Assembly: GCA_951406725.2 (NCBI GenBank) | Contig: OX597825.1 | Coordinates: 57,226,001-57,290,000 of the forward strand | Direction of reading: 5' to 3' | From: Octopus vulgaris | Taxonomy: Eukaryota | Length of the DNA stretch: 64,000 bases | In this document: piece after piece, positions 24,750-37,329 of the stretch | Layout of the letters: every line of letters begins with the position of its first letter | Position numbering within the stretch: position 1 is the stretch's first letter | The notes under the pieces: model-generated | Database searches by the model: none | Seen by the model: only the letters and a program-made list of their open reading frames with translations | What the model was told of the DNA's origin: nothing | Translations under genes and position numbers: made by a program

Positions 24750-25968
24750 GTCCCTTTATGTTTCAAGTTCAAATTCTGCCATAACCAACTTTGCCTTTTA
24801 TCATTCTAGCTTGATAAAATAAGTTTCAGTCAAGTACTAGGAAGTTGATTAAATCAACAACACTTCTCTCTCTCTTGCAACTGGCCTCTCTCTCACTCTC
24901 TCTCTCTCTCAACCCCCCTTCTCTCTCTCTTTCTCCAAAAGTTGCTGCTGTCTACCTTGACAGGAAACTTAGAGTACTGGGAAAATTCCTTGCTCTATTT
25001 GTTTCATTTGTTTACCCCCTGAGTTCAAATACCACTGAGGTCAGCTTTGCCTTTCATCCTTTAAAGGTCAATAAAATAGAGTACCACTCAAGTTCTGGGG
25101 GGTTGATGGTATTGACTAAATCCCCTCCCCTCAAAATTACTGGCCTTGTGCCAAAATTAGAAACCATTTAAGAGGGCGAGCTGGCAAAATCGTTAGAGCA
25201 TTGGACAAAATGCTTAATGGTATTTCATCCTACTCACTACATTCCGAGTTCAAATTCTGCTGAGGTCAACTTTATCTTTCATCTTTTAGGGGGTCGATGA
25301 AATGAGTACTTATTGGGTACTGTGGTTGATGTAATTGACATTCCCTTTCCCTTGAAATTGCTGGCCTTGTGCCAAAATTTGAAACCACCACCACCAACAT
25401 CATCATTATTATCATCATCAAAAGGTAGTTAGCACACCCGGTGAAATACTTAGCAGTATTTTGCCCATAGCTACGTTTTGAGTTCAAATTCCACCAAGGT
25501 CAACTTTGCCTCTCATCCTTTTGGGGTCAATAAATTAAGTACCAGTTGAGTACTGGGGTCGATGTAATCAACTATTCCCCTCTTCCAAATTTCAGGCCTT
25601 GTGCCTATAGTAGAAAGAATTATTATTATGTAGACAGTGGATTGGTAGAATTTGGTATTCCTTCTGTCTCAAAGTTCTGAGTTTAAATTTTGCTGAGCTC
25701 AGGTTTGCTTTTCATCCTGCCAGGATCAATAAAAACAGCCATGTAAAGCAGAAATACTGATTTCAAATTTTGGAACAAGGGCAGCAGTTTAGGGGCAGGG
25801 GAAAAATCAATTACATCGACCTCAGTGTTCAGCTGGTATTTATGTTATTGACTCCCAAAACGATGAAAGGCAAAGTCAACCTCGGTGGAATTTGAACTCA
25901 GAATGTGAAGATAGATGAAATGCTGTTAAGCATTTTGCCTGGCATGCTAACGATTCTGCCAGCTTGCT
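24750..25968. mobile_element. Five tandem family A SINEs (+) followed by one inverted copy (-)
   Basis: B-box/core at about 24765, 25020, 25245, 25480 and 25680; reverse complement at 25757-25968. Confidence 0.8.
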
Positions 25969-26424
25969 ACCTTATGAGAGGTAGAAATATTAGAGCATCA
26001 AACAGGATGCCTTGCAGTATTTCTGGCTCTTTGTACTCTGAGTTCAAATCCCACTGCAGCCCAGTTGCATTGAAGATGCAGTTCATCACCAGTTTTAACA
26101 TCACCACCTGGTCCTTCATGCCATTAGCAGGGTTCAAGCAGTTGCAAGCATTCATATCAGGTCCCCAGTTTAAGGATATCTCCCTTCTTATCATTCACCG
26201 AATGCAAAGGCTCTAAAAAAGCATCATATGCAGTTTCCTTTTTCTTGACTCATCATCATTTTTTAATGTCTATGTTCCATGCTGGCATTAGATGGACAAT
26301 TTAACAGGATTTGATGAGTCCACGGACTTCATTGTGCTCCAATGTCTGTCTTGGTAGAGTTTCTATAGTTGGATGCCCCTCTTAATGATAACCACTTTAC
26401 AGCATGTACTGTATGCTTTTTTTG

Positions 26425-27233
26425 TGTAATGTCAGTGTTCATACTCGACAGAGTGTAAGTACCTTGAGAGAAAAGTTGGACCTAAGAAGCATCAGTTGTG
26501 GTGTGCAAGAGAGACGTTTGTGCTGGTATGGTCATGTGGCGAGAATGGATGAAGATAGTTGTGTGAAAAAGTGCCACACCCTAGCGGTTGAGGGAACCTG
26601 TGGAAGAGGCAGACCCAGGAAAACCCGGGACGAGCTGGTGAAGCACGACCTTTGAACTTTAGGTCTCACTGAGGATATGACTAGAGACCGAGACCTTTGG
26701 AAGTATGCTGTGTGTGAGAAGACCCGGCAGGACAAGTGAGGCCATAACCCATGGCCTCAGTCCACTTATGCATACCTTTCCTTCTTGGGACACAAAACTC
26801 TACTTGTGAAAACCTGTTGAGGCAAGTGAAAAACAAAATCAAAATCAAAATCGATCAGCATCAATGGAAATCGTAGCTGTGATACCAGTGCCGGTGGCAC
26901 ATAAGAAAACCATCTGAACGTGGCCATTGCCAGCGCCGCCCCGACTGCCTCCATGCCAGTGGCACGTGAGGCCGGTGGCACGTGAGGCCGGTGGCACGTA
27001 AAAAGCACCATCCGACCGTGGCCGTTTGACAGCCTTGTCTGGCACCTGTGCTGGTGGCACGTAAAAGCACCTACTACACTCATGGAGTGTTTGGCGTTAG
27101 GAAGGGCATCCACCCGTAGAAACATTGCCAGATTAGACTGGGCCTGGTGCAGCCTTCTGGCTTCCCAGACCCCAGTTGAACCGTCCAACCCATGCCAACA
27201 TGGAAAGCGGATGCTAAATGATGATGATGATGA
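26425..27233 (+). mobile_element. 5'-truncated RTE LINE (ORF end, 3'UTR, (GAT)n tail)
   Basis: CNVSVHTRQSVSTLREKLDLRSISCGVQERRLCWYGHVARMDEDSCVKKCHTLAVEGTCGRGRPRKT; same family as 16980-18110. Confidence 0.9.
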
Positions 27234-27439
27234 TAAGCAATGAGGGGTTAAAGTAGGAGAGACAGAGGCAAAACAGGTTTCTTGCTATAGTGGAGCTATA
27301 TGACTACTCAGATTTGGAAGAAAGAGTAAGAATGGTTGGGTGGAGCTGGAAAGAGATAAAAACATGAGTACCAAAAACAATTAGTAACAGTATGGTACTG
27401 TGCTACCAAGTAGTCTTTGAAGTGATAACTGTTGAAGTT

Positions 27440-27770
27440 TAGCATAGCAGCAGTAGTTGTAGCAGTAGCAGCAGCACTTTTCTTGATATGTAAACAGTAC
27501 TTTAGTGTGGGTTTCACTTGAACTTTATAGAGGGTCACCAACTGGTCAGAGCTAAGTATTTTCTGGGCCTGCAAAATACTAAAAAGATGGGTTGTGTCTT
27601 TAGGATGTAGTTTTAGTGTTCACTAGTAAAGATCAGTAGATATTGTGACACCTAGCATTTGTAGTGACTTTAATTAGATGTTTTTAATTACATGTTGTTC
27701 ATAAGAGAGGGTGGAGGCATACATGATGCCTTCCTGATAAGTACTAGCCATATTACTGGAAAGTATTCAA
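27440..27770 (-). pseudogene. Decayed CR1/Jockey-like RT C-terminal fragment
   Basis: LSSDQLVTLYKVQVKPTLKYC resembles the LxLYKxxVRPxLEYC motif. Confidence 0.55.
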
Positions 27771-28389
27771 TCTACTTAAGCCTGCCCTTTACAAAAGTTA
27801 GTTTTCTGTATAGCCTCACCAAAAAAAAAAATCAATTAGTAAATGAATGAATAAAAACAGGATGATGTAATAAATTTTCAGTGAAATCAGCAGTTTTGCT
27901 ACTTCAAAAAAAAAAATCCCCTACCAACAAAATGCCTAAAATAAAAGTTATTAAAGAAAATTTGAATTCTTAACGTTTACTGGCTTCAATAACAAAAAAG
28001 AAAAAAAATTATATTTTCCCACAAATTACCTCCACATGATGTTCACTCAAGCTTTTCATCATGACCTATATATTTTTTTTTCTATTTAGTCCTTCTCAAT
28101 CTTAACTTCTAATTAACAAGTATCTTACCAAAGACAGCCTATGACTGGACTGCTTCAAAGTACATTGCATGCACCAAATACTCCAGTGATACTTTTGTCA
28201 GAAGTTTATCTCATGCATCAGAGGTTTTAGTTTTTACAAACACCATGCCTCATACCTCATATCTTGTTTACCTATCTTAACATTCTATAGCCACCCTCAA
28301 GTCTCTCTCTCTCTCTCATTCACCATCTCTCTCTATATATCCAGCTATCTAACAATTTAGCTATCTCTTTATACTGATATATATATGAT

Positions 28390-29150
28390 ATTCTTTTATT
28401 CTTTTACTTGTTTCGGTCATTTGACTGCAGCCATGCTGGAGCACTGCCTTTAGTCAAACAAATTAACGCCAGGACTTATTCTCTGTAAGCCTAGTACTTA
28501 TTCTATCGGTCTCTTTTGCTGAACTGCTAAGTTACGGGGATGTGAACACACCAACATCGGTTGTCAAGCGATGGTGGGGGAACAAACACAGGCACACACA
28601 CGATGGGCTTCTCTCAGTTTCTGTCTAGCAAATCCCATTACAAGGCTTTGGTTGGAATGAGGCTATAGAAGAAGACACTTGCCCAAGGTTCCACGCAGTG
28701 GGACTGAACCCAGAGCCATGTGGTTGGTAGGCAAGCTACTTACCACACAGCCACTCCTGCACCTTTATATCTTTATCTTTTATTGTTTACTTGTTTCAGT
28801 CTGCGGTTATATTCAGCACCACCTTGAAGGAATTTCAGTCGAATGTATTGATCTGTTGTTATCTTTTGCTGAACTGCTAAGTTACAAGGATATAAACACA
28901 CCAGCACCAGTTCTCAAGTAATGATGGTCGAGGGACAAACATCGACACAAAGACATACACACACATAGATACATGTATATACAAATATATGATGGGGTTC
29001 TTTTAGCTTCTGTCTACCAAATCCACTCACAAGGATTTGGTTGTCCCAAGGCTATAATAGAAGACACTTGCCCAAGGTGCAATGCAGTGGAACTGAACCC
29101 TGAACCATGTGGTTGGAAAGCAAGCTTCTTACCACATGGTCATGCCTGTG
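28390..29150 (-). mobile_element. Two tandem family B SINEs
   Basis: Reverse complements of the family B consensus at 28390-28763 and 28775-29152. Confidence 0.85.
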
Positions 29151-29183
29151 CCTCACATATCCACCATCATACCTTATTCACTA

Positions 29184-29578
29184 TAGGCGTAGGAGTGGCT
29201 GTGTGGTAAGTAGCTTGCTTATGAACCACATGGTTCCAGGTTCAGTTCCACTGTGTGGCACCCTGTGCAAGTGTCTTCTACTATAGCCTCGGGCCGACCA
29301 AAGCTTTGTGAGTGGATTTGGTAGATGGAACCTGAAAGAAGCCTGTCGTATATATGTATATATGTATGTATACGTTTGTGTGTCTGCGTTTGTCCTCCCA
29401 ACATCGCTTGACAACTGATATTGGTGTGTTTACGTCCCCGTAACTTAGCGGTTCAGCAAAGGAGGCCGATAGAATAAGTACTAGGCTTACAAAGAATAAG
29501 TCCTGGGGTTGATTTGCTCAACTAAAGGTGGTGCTCCAGCATGGCCACAGTCAAATGACTGAAACAAGTAAAAGAGTA
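29184..29578 (+). mobile_element. Family B SINE, full length
   Basis: AGGCGTAGGAGTGGCTGTGTGGTAAG ... GACTGAAACAAGTAAAAGAG. Confidence 0.9.
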
Positions 29579-29663
29579 TATATATATATATATATACATA
29601 CATATATATATATATGTATGTATATGTATATGGATATATATGTATATATATATATATGTACAG

Positions 29664-29724
<61 letters not shown>

Positions 29725-29734
29725 TTTATCTATA

Positions 29735-29787
<53 letters not shown>

Positions 29788-29908
29788 CAAAACTTTAGAT
29801 TCAGATGAATTAGGTACTTAAGCTGAGGTACCAGAATTTAGTACGTTATTATCCATACAGTTTCAAAATATGGTGATTAAAATCAAAATAAGCAACAAGA
29901 TATCCAGA

Positions 29909-29910
<2 letters not shown>

Positions 29911-29944
<34 letters not shown>

Positions 29945-32906
29945 TGTGTACAGTGCTCAGGTGCACTACAACTCATCTAAAGTGTATATATAATCAGGTG
30001 TAGTTTCGGCGGATTTCGGAAAGCATGAGGGCCTTAAAGGATGCAGTGTCATGGCAGTCAACAACTGACGCAGGCAGTTTATTCCATGCTTCAGCAACTC
30101 TGAGCGTGAAAAAATGTTTCCGAAAGTCATGGGAGCTGTGTTGTTTTCTGACTTTGTAGGCATGTCCACGTGTGTTAGACACATGGAGATCAAAAAGGTG
30201 TTCAGTGTTGTTGTTGGTGAGGTGGTTGATAACTTTGTGGGCGTTTACCAAGTCCGTCGCCAGACGCCGGAGCTTCAGTGAATCCATGCCCAGGGAAACA
30301 AGGCGCTCAGAATATGGTAGGTGTCTGATGGAGGGTATGCGTTTGGTTGCACGTCTCTGGACAGTTTCCAGGAGGTCAATGTTCTGAGCAAGATAAGGGT
30401 TCCAAACTGATGATGCGAATTCCAAGTGTGGTCGTACCATAGCTGTATACAGTTTTAAATAGATGGCTGGAGAGCGGCTAACAAAAGTCTTGCTGAGTGA
30501 TGCAAAGACACCCTCGGCCTTCTTGACAATTTTAGAGATATGCTTTGTCCAATGCAAATCACTACTGACAGTGATGCCTAGGTCACACTCGCAAGAGGAT
30601 TTCTTGATATCAGTGTTGTGGAGGGAGTATGTGGACGCAGGGTTTTTTCTCCCAAAATGCATGGTGGTATGCTTGTCCACAGCCAGTTTCAGTTGCCAGT
30701 CTGTGATCCATTGCTGCATTGTGTCTAGGTCTGATTGCAGGAAAGAGTTGTAGACATCAGGATCTGTCCTCTTGATTTCAAGGTACAGCTTGATGTCGTC
30801 TCCCTTTTTTTCAATACTGTGGCATTCTTTAAATTGGCATCTATGTCATTAATGTATGCCACAAACAAGAGGGGACCAAGAACAGATCCCTGTGGTACAC
30901 CCGATGACATCTCATATGGTGTAGAATGCTGTCCTAGAACTGTGACTACCTCCTTTCGGCTGAGAATGAAGGATTTCAACGAGTTAAAAAGGTCATCCCT
31001 CACACCCATTGCAGAGAGTTTCACCATAAGCCTTTTGTGTGGCACAGAGTTGAAAGCCTTAGCAAAGTCAAGGTAGACAACATCCACCCATGAGCCACTG
31101 TCAGTGATCTGAGTAATGTCCTCAAGGAACTCGACAAGCTGATCACTGCAGCTGGAGTTAGGGACAAATCCATATTGTGAGGGTCGGATGAGACTGTGAG
31201 AGCTCCAGAAGTTCCAGAGTGTTTCTCTGACACACGATTCCATCAGTTTTGCAATACAGCTAGTGAGACTGACTGGGCGATAGTTGACAGGTGATGTGCG
31301 CTCGCCCTTTTTGAACAGAGGAATGACACTGGCAGTTTTCCACTGCTCCGGAGTAGTACCATTGTTGAGACAGTACTGGAAGAAAATAGAAAGCTGGTGT
31401 AAAAGGAAGTACCTGCCATGTTTGAGAAGCAGGTATGTAACTCCATCGAGACCAGGGGAGGCATAGTTGCGCTTATTTTGAAGGTGACGTCGCAGCATTG
31501 CAGGTGTAAATTCTATAGTTGTTATGGAATTTGCTGTTAGTGATGGTGAAGATGGTACATTTTGACTTTCAACAGTGAATATGTTTGCATATCACTCGGC
31601 AATGAGTTCTGTGCATTCCTTGGGGTCGTCAGTGATCTGGTTTGTGTGAGGGTTGCGAAGAGGGCCCACTGGAGAGTGAGGTCTCTGCTTTGAATGCACA
31701 TATTTCCAGAAAACCTTGCTGTCAGGATTGGCTGCTATGCACTGTTCAAATTCAAGCACTGCTTTTTTTGTCACTTGCTTGAGATGGTTGGAAGATTTAT
31801 TCCACTTCTTCCTGTTGGTGTCTGATTTATGCAACTTGTATTCCCGTTCAGCAGTCCCACGTTCCTTCCTGGCAAGTCGGACTGCTGAAGTTTCCCAAAT
31901 TGCCCTTTTGGGGCGGTTCTTCTTTTTCTGTTTACGTGGCACTGATGCTGCACATGCTGCCCATATTGAGTCCAGGATACTCTGGAGTATAGTATTCACA
32001 TCTCCAGAGTTGTAGAATTCACGCCAGTTTGGGTGCTGTAGTTCAGTGTGGTACAGGTTCCAATCTGCTCTCTTCCAATCGAAGGAAGCAGATTGGAGAT
32101 GGTTCAGGTTTTTGTTGCCCGCAAGAGCCAGATTGGCGATGATCATAGCATGATCAGAGTCACCTAGAGGTTCCTCCGTAGTGCAACTGATAACCGCTTC
32201 AGGAGTTGTGGTGAAGAGCAGGTCCAAGGTGTTGTCGCCTCTTGTTGGAGAGGTGACTACTTGTGACCAGTTTGAGTCCAGTACAAGTTCAACAAAATCG
32301 TTTGCACTCTGTGGCCAATGGAAGGTTTCCCAATTGATCTCAGGATGATTGAAATCGCCTGCAATAAAAACATAAGTGGCTGTTTTCCTGGCAGCAGCTC
32401 GGAGGATATTGCAAAGCTGTGTGTCCTGATGGTAATTTGGGGGACGATAAACAACGCCAAGCAGGAGTGTTGACATGGTCATACGTACGTCACAGAAAAA
32501 AACTTCTTCTTGTGATTCGTTCAAATCGGCACAAGGAATTACCGAAAAATTTGAACGAACGTAGACCATCACACCATCACCACAGCGGTTAATGCGGTCC
32601 TTACGGAAGAGGTTGTACCCCGTAATGTTGAAAACCCCATCACAGAGTAAGGAATGCGCCCATGTTTCCGTGACAGTGATGAAGTCAGGGTCAATACTTC
32701 TGACGTAGGCGTTGAACAAATGTATTTTGTTGCATAAACTGCGAGCATTTAAGGACAACAATTTATACCCTGCTTGCAGTTTATGATGGTGTGTAGAGGA
32801 TGGCAGGTTGCTCTGGTTTAGTTTCCCTGAGTTGCTGTAGTCTTTTTAGATTTTTTTTCAGTGTCAGTTATTGTGGGTAGAGAGCACTCAGACCAGCTGG
32901 TATCTC
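29911..32906 (-). mobile_element. CR1-clade LINE, 5'-truncated just upstream of ORF2, (TTA)n tail
   Basis: APE endonuclease motifs (LNARSL, TETW, GDFN, LDL, SDH); RT motifs (NYRPVSLTS, QYGF, YLDFAKAFNSVPH, SGVPQGSVLGPLLF, xxDD); CR1 C-terminus (RPHLEFASSVWNPY, TRGH, FFTLRVAEAWNKLP). Confidence 0.97.
29994..32761 (-). pseudogene. CR1 ORF2 (endonuclease-reverse transcriptase) with one in-frame stop and one frameshift
   Basis: ORFs 31592-32761 and 30725-31498 are in the same frame across a TGA; frameshift in an A/G run at about 30801-30811, just before the GAC GAC (DD) codons. Confidence 0.92.
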
Positions 32907-32989
32907 GCAGTACGATCGTTTCAAGTGACTCCATTTAATTGAACAATGCAACCATTACATCAATTTAAATGCAGAGCAATTCTCAGCTG
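32907..32989 (-). ncRNA. Degenerate type I hammerhead ribozyme motif in a Penelope-like end
   Basis: Minus strand CAG-CTGAGAA ... long stem II (CATTTAAATTGA/TCAATTAAATG) ... GAAACGATCGTA-CTGC; palindromic stem III ACGATCGT, GUA triplet, stem I CAG/CTG; core deviates from CUGANGA. Confidence 0.55.
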
Positions 32990-33239
32990 AATAAATACAT
33001 AGAATTAAATTAAATTAAAACAGATGGACACAGTATAATTTTACCTAAAACCTCCAAGAAGGTAAGGAGATAGACAAAGAACATGCTGTTTTCACTTCAA
33101 CTTAGAAGCTACTAAGGTATCTTGAAGAAAGACTTGTTGGAGATCTAGCTTGTCACTGTTTTTTGGGGGTTGGTTTTAATTTATAGTCTTGTTTATCAAA
33201 TCTTCATATATCAAAATCTAAGGCCAAGGAATAAGGAGC

Positions 33240-33470
33240 AGTGTCTGTTAGGAAATGGGCTGTTTTCCATAACTTTTGGATGTCTATCATTTCTGCACAT
33301 TCTATTTCATTTTTGATCAGACTGGCTGGGTATTTTCTATCCAGTAATGTGTTTTTAAGTTCTTGGAGTCACTCTTCTCAGGTTTTGGGATCTGATGCAA
33401 TTGTGCAAATTCTTCTTGCTAAGTTGAACAGTATATTTATTTTAGTATGTTTTGGGTGGCAAGATGTCAA
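33240..33470 (-). pseudogene. Penelope-like element RT thumb/linker fragment
   Basis: Own translation: TSCHPKHTKINILFNLARRICTIASDPKT*EE*LQELKNTLLDRKYPASLIKNEIECA, matching the PLE motif S.HP.H.K..I...LARR....S....RL..L...L..R.YP. Confidence 0.85.
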
Positions 33471-33691
33471 ATCAGCAATGATGACAAATTAATTCCTGAC
33501 TCATTAGTCAATCAAAGTACTTGATAAACAATCTTCTCAAATTTGTCCCCATTAAATTTTCTTAAAGGAATTTAAGAAACAAACGCTTTCTCCAAGTTAA
33601 CCCCTTTGTTGCTCTCCAATATTGTTTGCATTCATTACAGATATTCTGGAACTTACCAACATTTCTATGTTTAGTTTTTGATGTCACAATA

Positions 33692-34100
33692 TAGGTGCAG
33701 GAATGGTTGTACGGTAAGTAGCTTGCTTACCAACCACATGGTTCCAGGTTCATTCCCACTGTGTGGCACCTTGGGCAAGTGTCTACTATAGTCTCAGGCT
33801 GACCAAAGCCTTGTGAGTGGATTTGGCAGACGGAAACTGAAAGAAGCTCGTCGTATATATGTATATATATATGTGTGTGTATATGTTTGTCTGTGTTTGG
33901 CCCCCAACAACACTTGACAACCTATGGTGGTGTGTTTACGTCCCCGTCACGTAGCAGTTCGGCAAAAGACCTCGATAGAATAAGTACTAGGCTTACAAAG
34001 AATAAGTCCTAGGGTCGATTTGATCAACTAAAGGCGGTGCTCCAGCATGGCCGCAGTCAAATGGCTGAGACAAGTAAAAGAGTAAAAGAGTAAAGAGTAA
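33692..34100 (+). mobile_element. Family B SINE, full length
   Basis: Consensus head and tail; (GTAAAAGA)n end. Confidence 0.9.
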
Positions 34101-34454
34101 CTTCCAGGGATGAAAAGCCAAATATGCTCAGACTGGAATCTATTTATAGTAACATCAAAGAGTGATCTACAGGTTGCTTTCCTCTTCACAGCATACATGT
34201 TCTGTTCTTCTCAGGCACCAAATCTAAATGGTGTACACTAAACTTCATCCTTTGGGAAAAAAAAACAAACATATGGTTTTATCATCAACACATCAAATGT
34301 GCCGAATGCAGCAAATGAGCAAACTGATTACAAAGAATAACATGTTAGGACCATTTATACCAGTTGGACTGTGACTTTTAAATTAATGCTGGAAAAATCA
34401 CTATAAATGCAGTGTTTTTATTTTTCTGTTTTGGAAAACATTCATTGCTAAATA

Positions 34455-34705
34455 GTAAAGTAAAGCTCCTTCCTGAGTTACATAGACTCACAGGGCCAGT
34501 TTCCTGGTTTCCATGGCATACATATTCCCTATCTGGACTGGACATTGGGCTGTCACAGGACTACTCCTCTTTACCAGCTGAGTGAACTGGAGTAATGTGA
34601 AATTAAATGTTTTGTTCAAAAACATGTCGCTTGGTCCAGGAATCAAAACTACAATTTTACAACCACGAGTCCAATACCCTCCCCACTAAGCCATGTGCCT
34701 CCACC
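34455..34705 (-). mobile_element. tRNA-derived SINE related to family C and the V-like type
   Basis: Minus strand GTGGAGGCACATGGCTTAGTGG head; CCAGTTCACTCAGCTG core; GAAACCAGGAAACTGGCCC tail shared with the 7665 copy. Confidence 0.7.
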
Positions 34706-35599
34706 ATTGCTAAATATTTCAAATAAAATAAAGATATGATAATAATAAAAGTGATATAGCTATAAGCTACACAACTTACCAAACCATTTCCAAGATCCAT
34801 CAACAACTGTTTGTTGACTACTGAACAGGACATCAGAGATGAAAAGAAAAAAAAACTTGTCTCCATAGTGCCTGGATCCTCTGAATTACAAATATTCCAA
34901 GTGACTAAAATAATAATGAAGTGAATGTGGTCCATGAATCCTCTCTGGCTCGGCTGCTTCAACAGGACAACTTCACTGAGACTGGACCAAGTCTGCTAAT
35001 TCTGACACAATCTAAACTAAAGAAATTTGGTCCAAGAATCGTTTTTGAGAGATTTCAAATGTCAATGGCTTAAACTTAATCCTTGACTTACTTATAATAT
35101 TGACAAGATCTCAAGCTTTGTATTACTCTTAAGTTTTCATGTATGGTAATACTAACTTTTGAAAACAGCAAAAAAGGAAAAGGTTATACTGGTTTACAAA
35201 GCATACAAATCATGTTTGCCATTAACAAGGTAAAATGAATTTGATACACTACCAAGTAAGTGCAAAGCACAAAACTAAAAACTGCATGCAAATATCAATT
35301 AGTGCAGAATCAACAGACCCTGAAAATTATTACTGAAGCACTATCATTAACTATTGTTATTATCCCATAAAACATAGCTCAATGAAGTCTTGCAGAGGAC
35401 TGCACTAACTGAGCTGGAGTTTCTGATATTAATAGTGGTAATATCGGGTTCAAGGATATTTCTTCAATAGGAGGAAAACTGAAAAGTCACACACACACAC
35501 ACAACTTTGGGATGAAAAACACCCGGGAGAGACTGGATTGTTGGGTACTGGTACAAAAAGCTGACCTTCTACTGACCATATCTTATCAACCTGTACCAG

Positions 35600-37240
35600 C
35601 AAGCTCTCCATGGGAATAGAAGCATACCACACTGGTTAGCTCTGGCAAAGTCAAAACTGATCCTCAAAAGCAGAACTGCTGACAAGGCATAAAACTATTG
35701 GCCAATTGCATGCCAGAACTCAAAGTATAAAATATATACAACATGTTTAAACCTCCTCCTCTAAGATCATTGTGAAAGTAATAACATCATCACAGTAGAA
35801 CAGGTAGTTTGGAAGAAGGAATTCTGGGGATGTGCCAAGTAATTGTTGATAAACAAAGCTGTGATTTTAGTATATGTATTGCTGAACCCTAACCCTAAAC
35901 AAAACTGTAATATCAGAGGTGTTGGGGCATAGGAAGAACCTAGATTCAATGTGGCTGGACCACAAGAAAGCCTCTGATTCTGTCCCTTACTCATGGATGC
36001 TAGAAGCCCTTTGACTTGCTAGGGTTCCAGAGAGCATAGTCTAAGCCATCGCTGATCTGACTTCATTGTGGGCCACCATCTTGAAGTTAAATACAAGGTG
36101 TGATTGTAATATCACTGATAAAATACAGTATTGCAGTGGTATATTCCAAGTACTCATTGTTATGCATGGCTATGTCCTTTATCATACTGTGGGTTCTTAT
36201 TTTTTTTTACCTCAGGATTATCTTCTTGATGGATCTCAATATACAGTGCTTATACTTTTAGTAAACCATTTATCATTCATGTTGAAGAAGTGTGGAGGGT
36301 ATTCAAAAGGAAACAGAAATACCAAAATTACACACTGCTTCATTGTGGATGACTTGAAACTGTATGCAGAAGATATAATGAGCCTTGACCTGGTTACAAC
36401 ATTCTCAAAAGATATAGGGTTGGAGCTTGGTTAAAGATAAATGTTATTATATCTACCCAGACTCTGTGGAGTTAACACCAAAGGTATCACTAACATCATA
36501 AGCAAATGTCATCGTAGTATTATCTACCGATGAGACATGTAGTAGCAAAACACTGTAAAATGAAATCCATCAGAAAGATAATCCTGAGGTGAAAAAAATA
36601 AGAACCCACAGTATGGTAAAGGACATAGCCATACATAATAAGGAGTACTGGTGGACTGTCCCAGTGAAAACCTCAATAAAATGTAAACATAATAGACCTG
36701 ACATAGTGATTTGGGAAAGAGAAGAGAAATTGTGTACAGTAGTGGAAATCAGCTGCCCAGCAGATGCTAAGCTAAAGATCAGCAAAACAAAATACTTACA
36801 GTGAACTATTAAGAAATTTAGTTACCCTACCCAGCTTACAAGTTCAAGTTTATACCTGTAATTATTGGGGCACTGGGGTGTGTAACATACTGGCTAAGTA
36901 CCAATCTTGAGAAATTAGACTTCTCAAAACTAGAAAGGAGAAAGCTGATTCAAAGACTACAGATCCAAGCCATCACTGGAACAGTAAAAGTTTTCCAGAA
37001 CTCTACCATTTAAGTATATATGTGTATGACTAGACATCCAACTATATGCATATGGATACATGCATAAAACAAAACATAACAATCTGCACATGCACTGACT
37101 CTAAATACTGCACATATAAACTCATACATATAAAAATACTCTGCTGATGTTGTTGAAATTCCACTGAATGAGCCTTGGATCTAGGTTAAAAACCAACTCT
37201 TTCTCTATTGGCAAGAAATCTTGAAATAAAACAGAATAAT
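35600..37240 (+). mobile_element. Decayed Dong/R4-type LINE (RT plus restriction-like endonuclease)
   Basis: NYWPIACQNSKYKIYT..EQ..GC..LLINKAV; WLDHKKASDSVPYSW; HCFIVDDLKLYA; NRPDIVIWEREEKLCTVVEISCP (RLE PD..E motif). Confidence 0.88.
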
Positions 37241-37329
37241 GATGTGCACACACACACACACACACACAGTGGACCTCATCTATCGTCCAGTGAGAAATTC
37301 TTTATATCATTGCTGATGTTATTTTAGGT

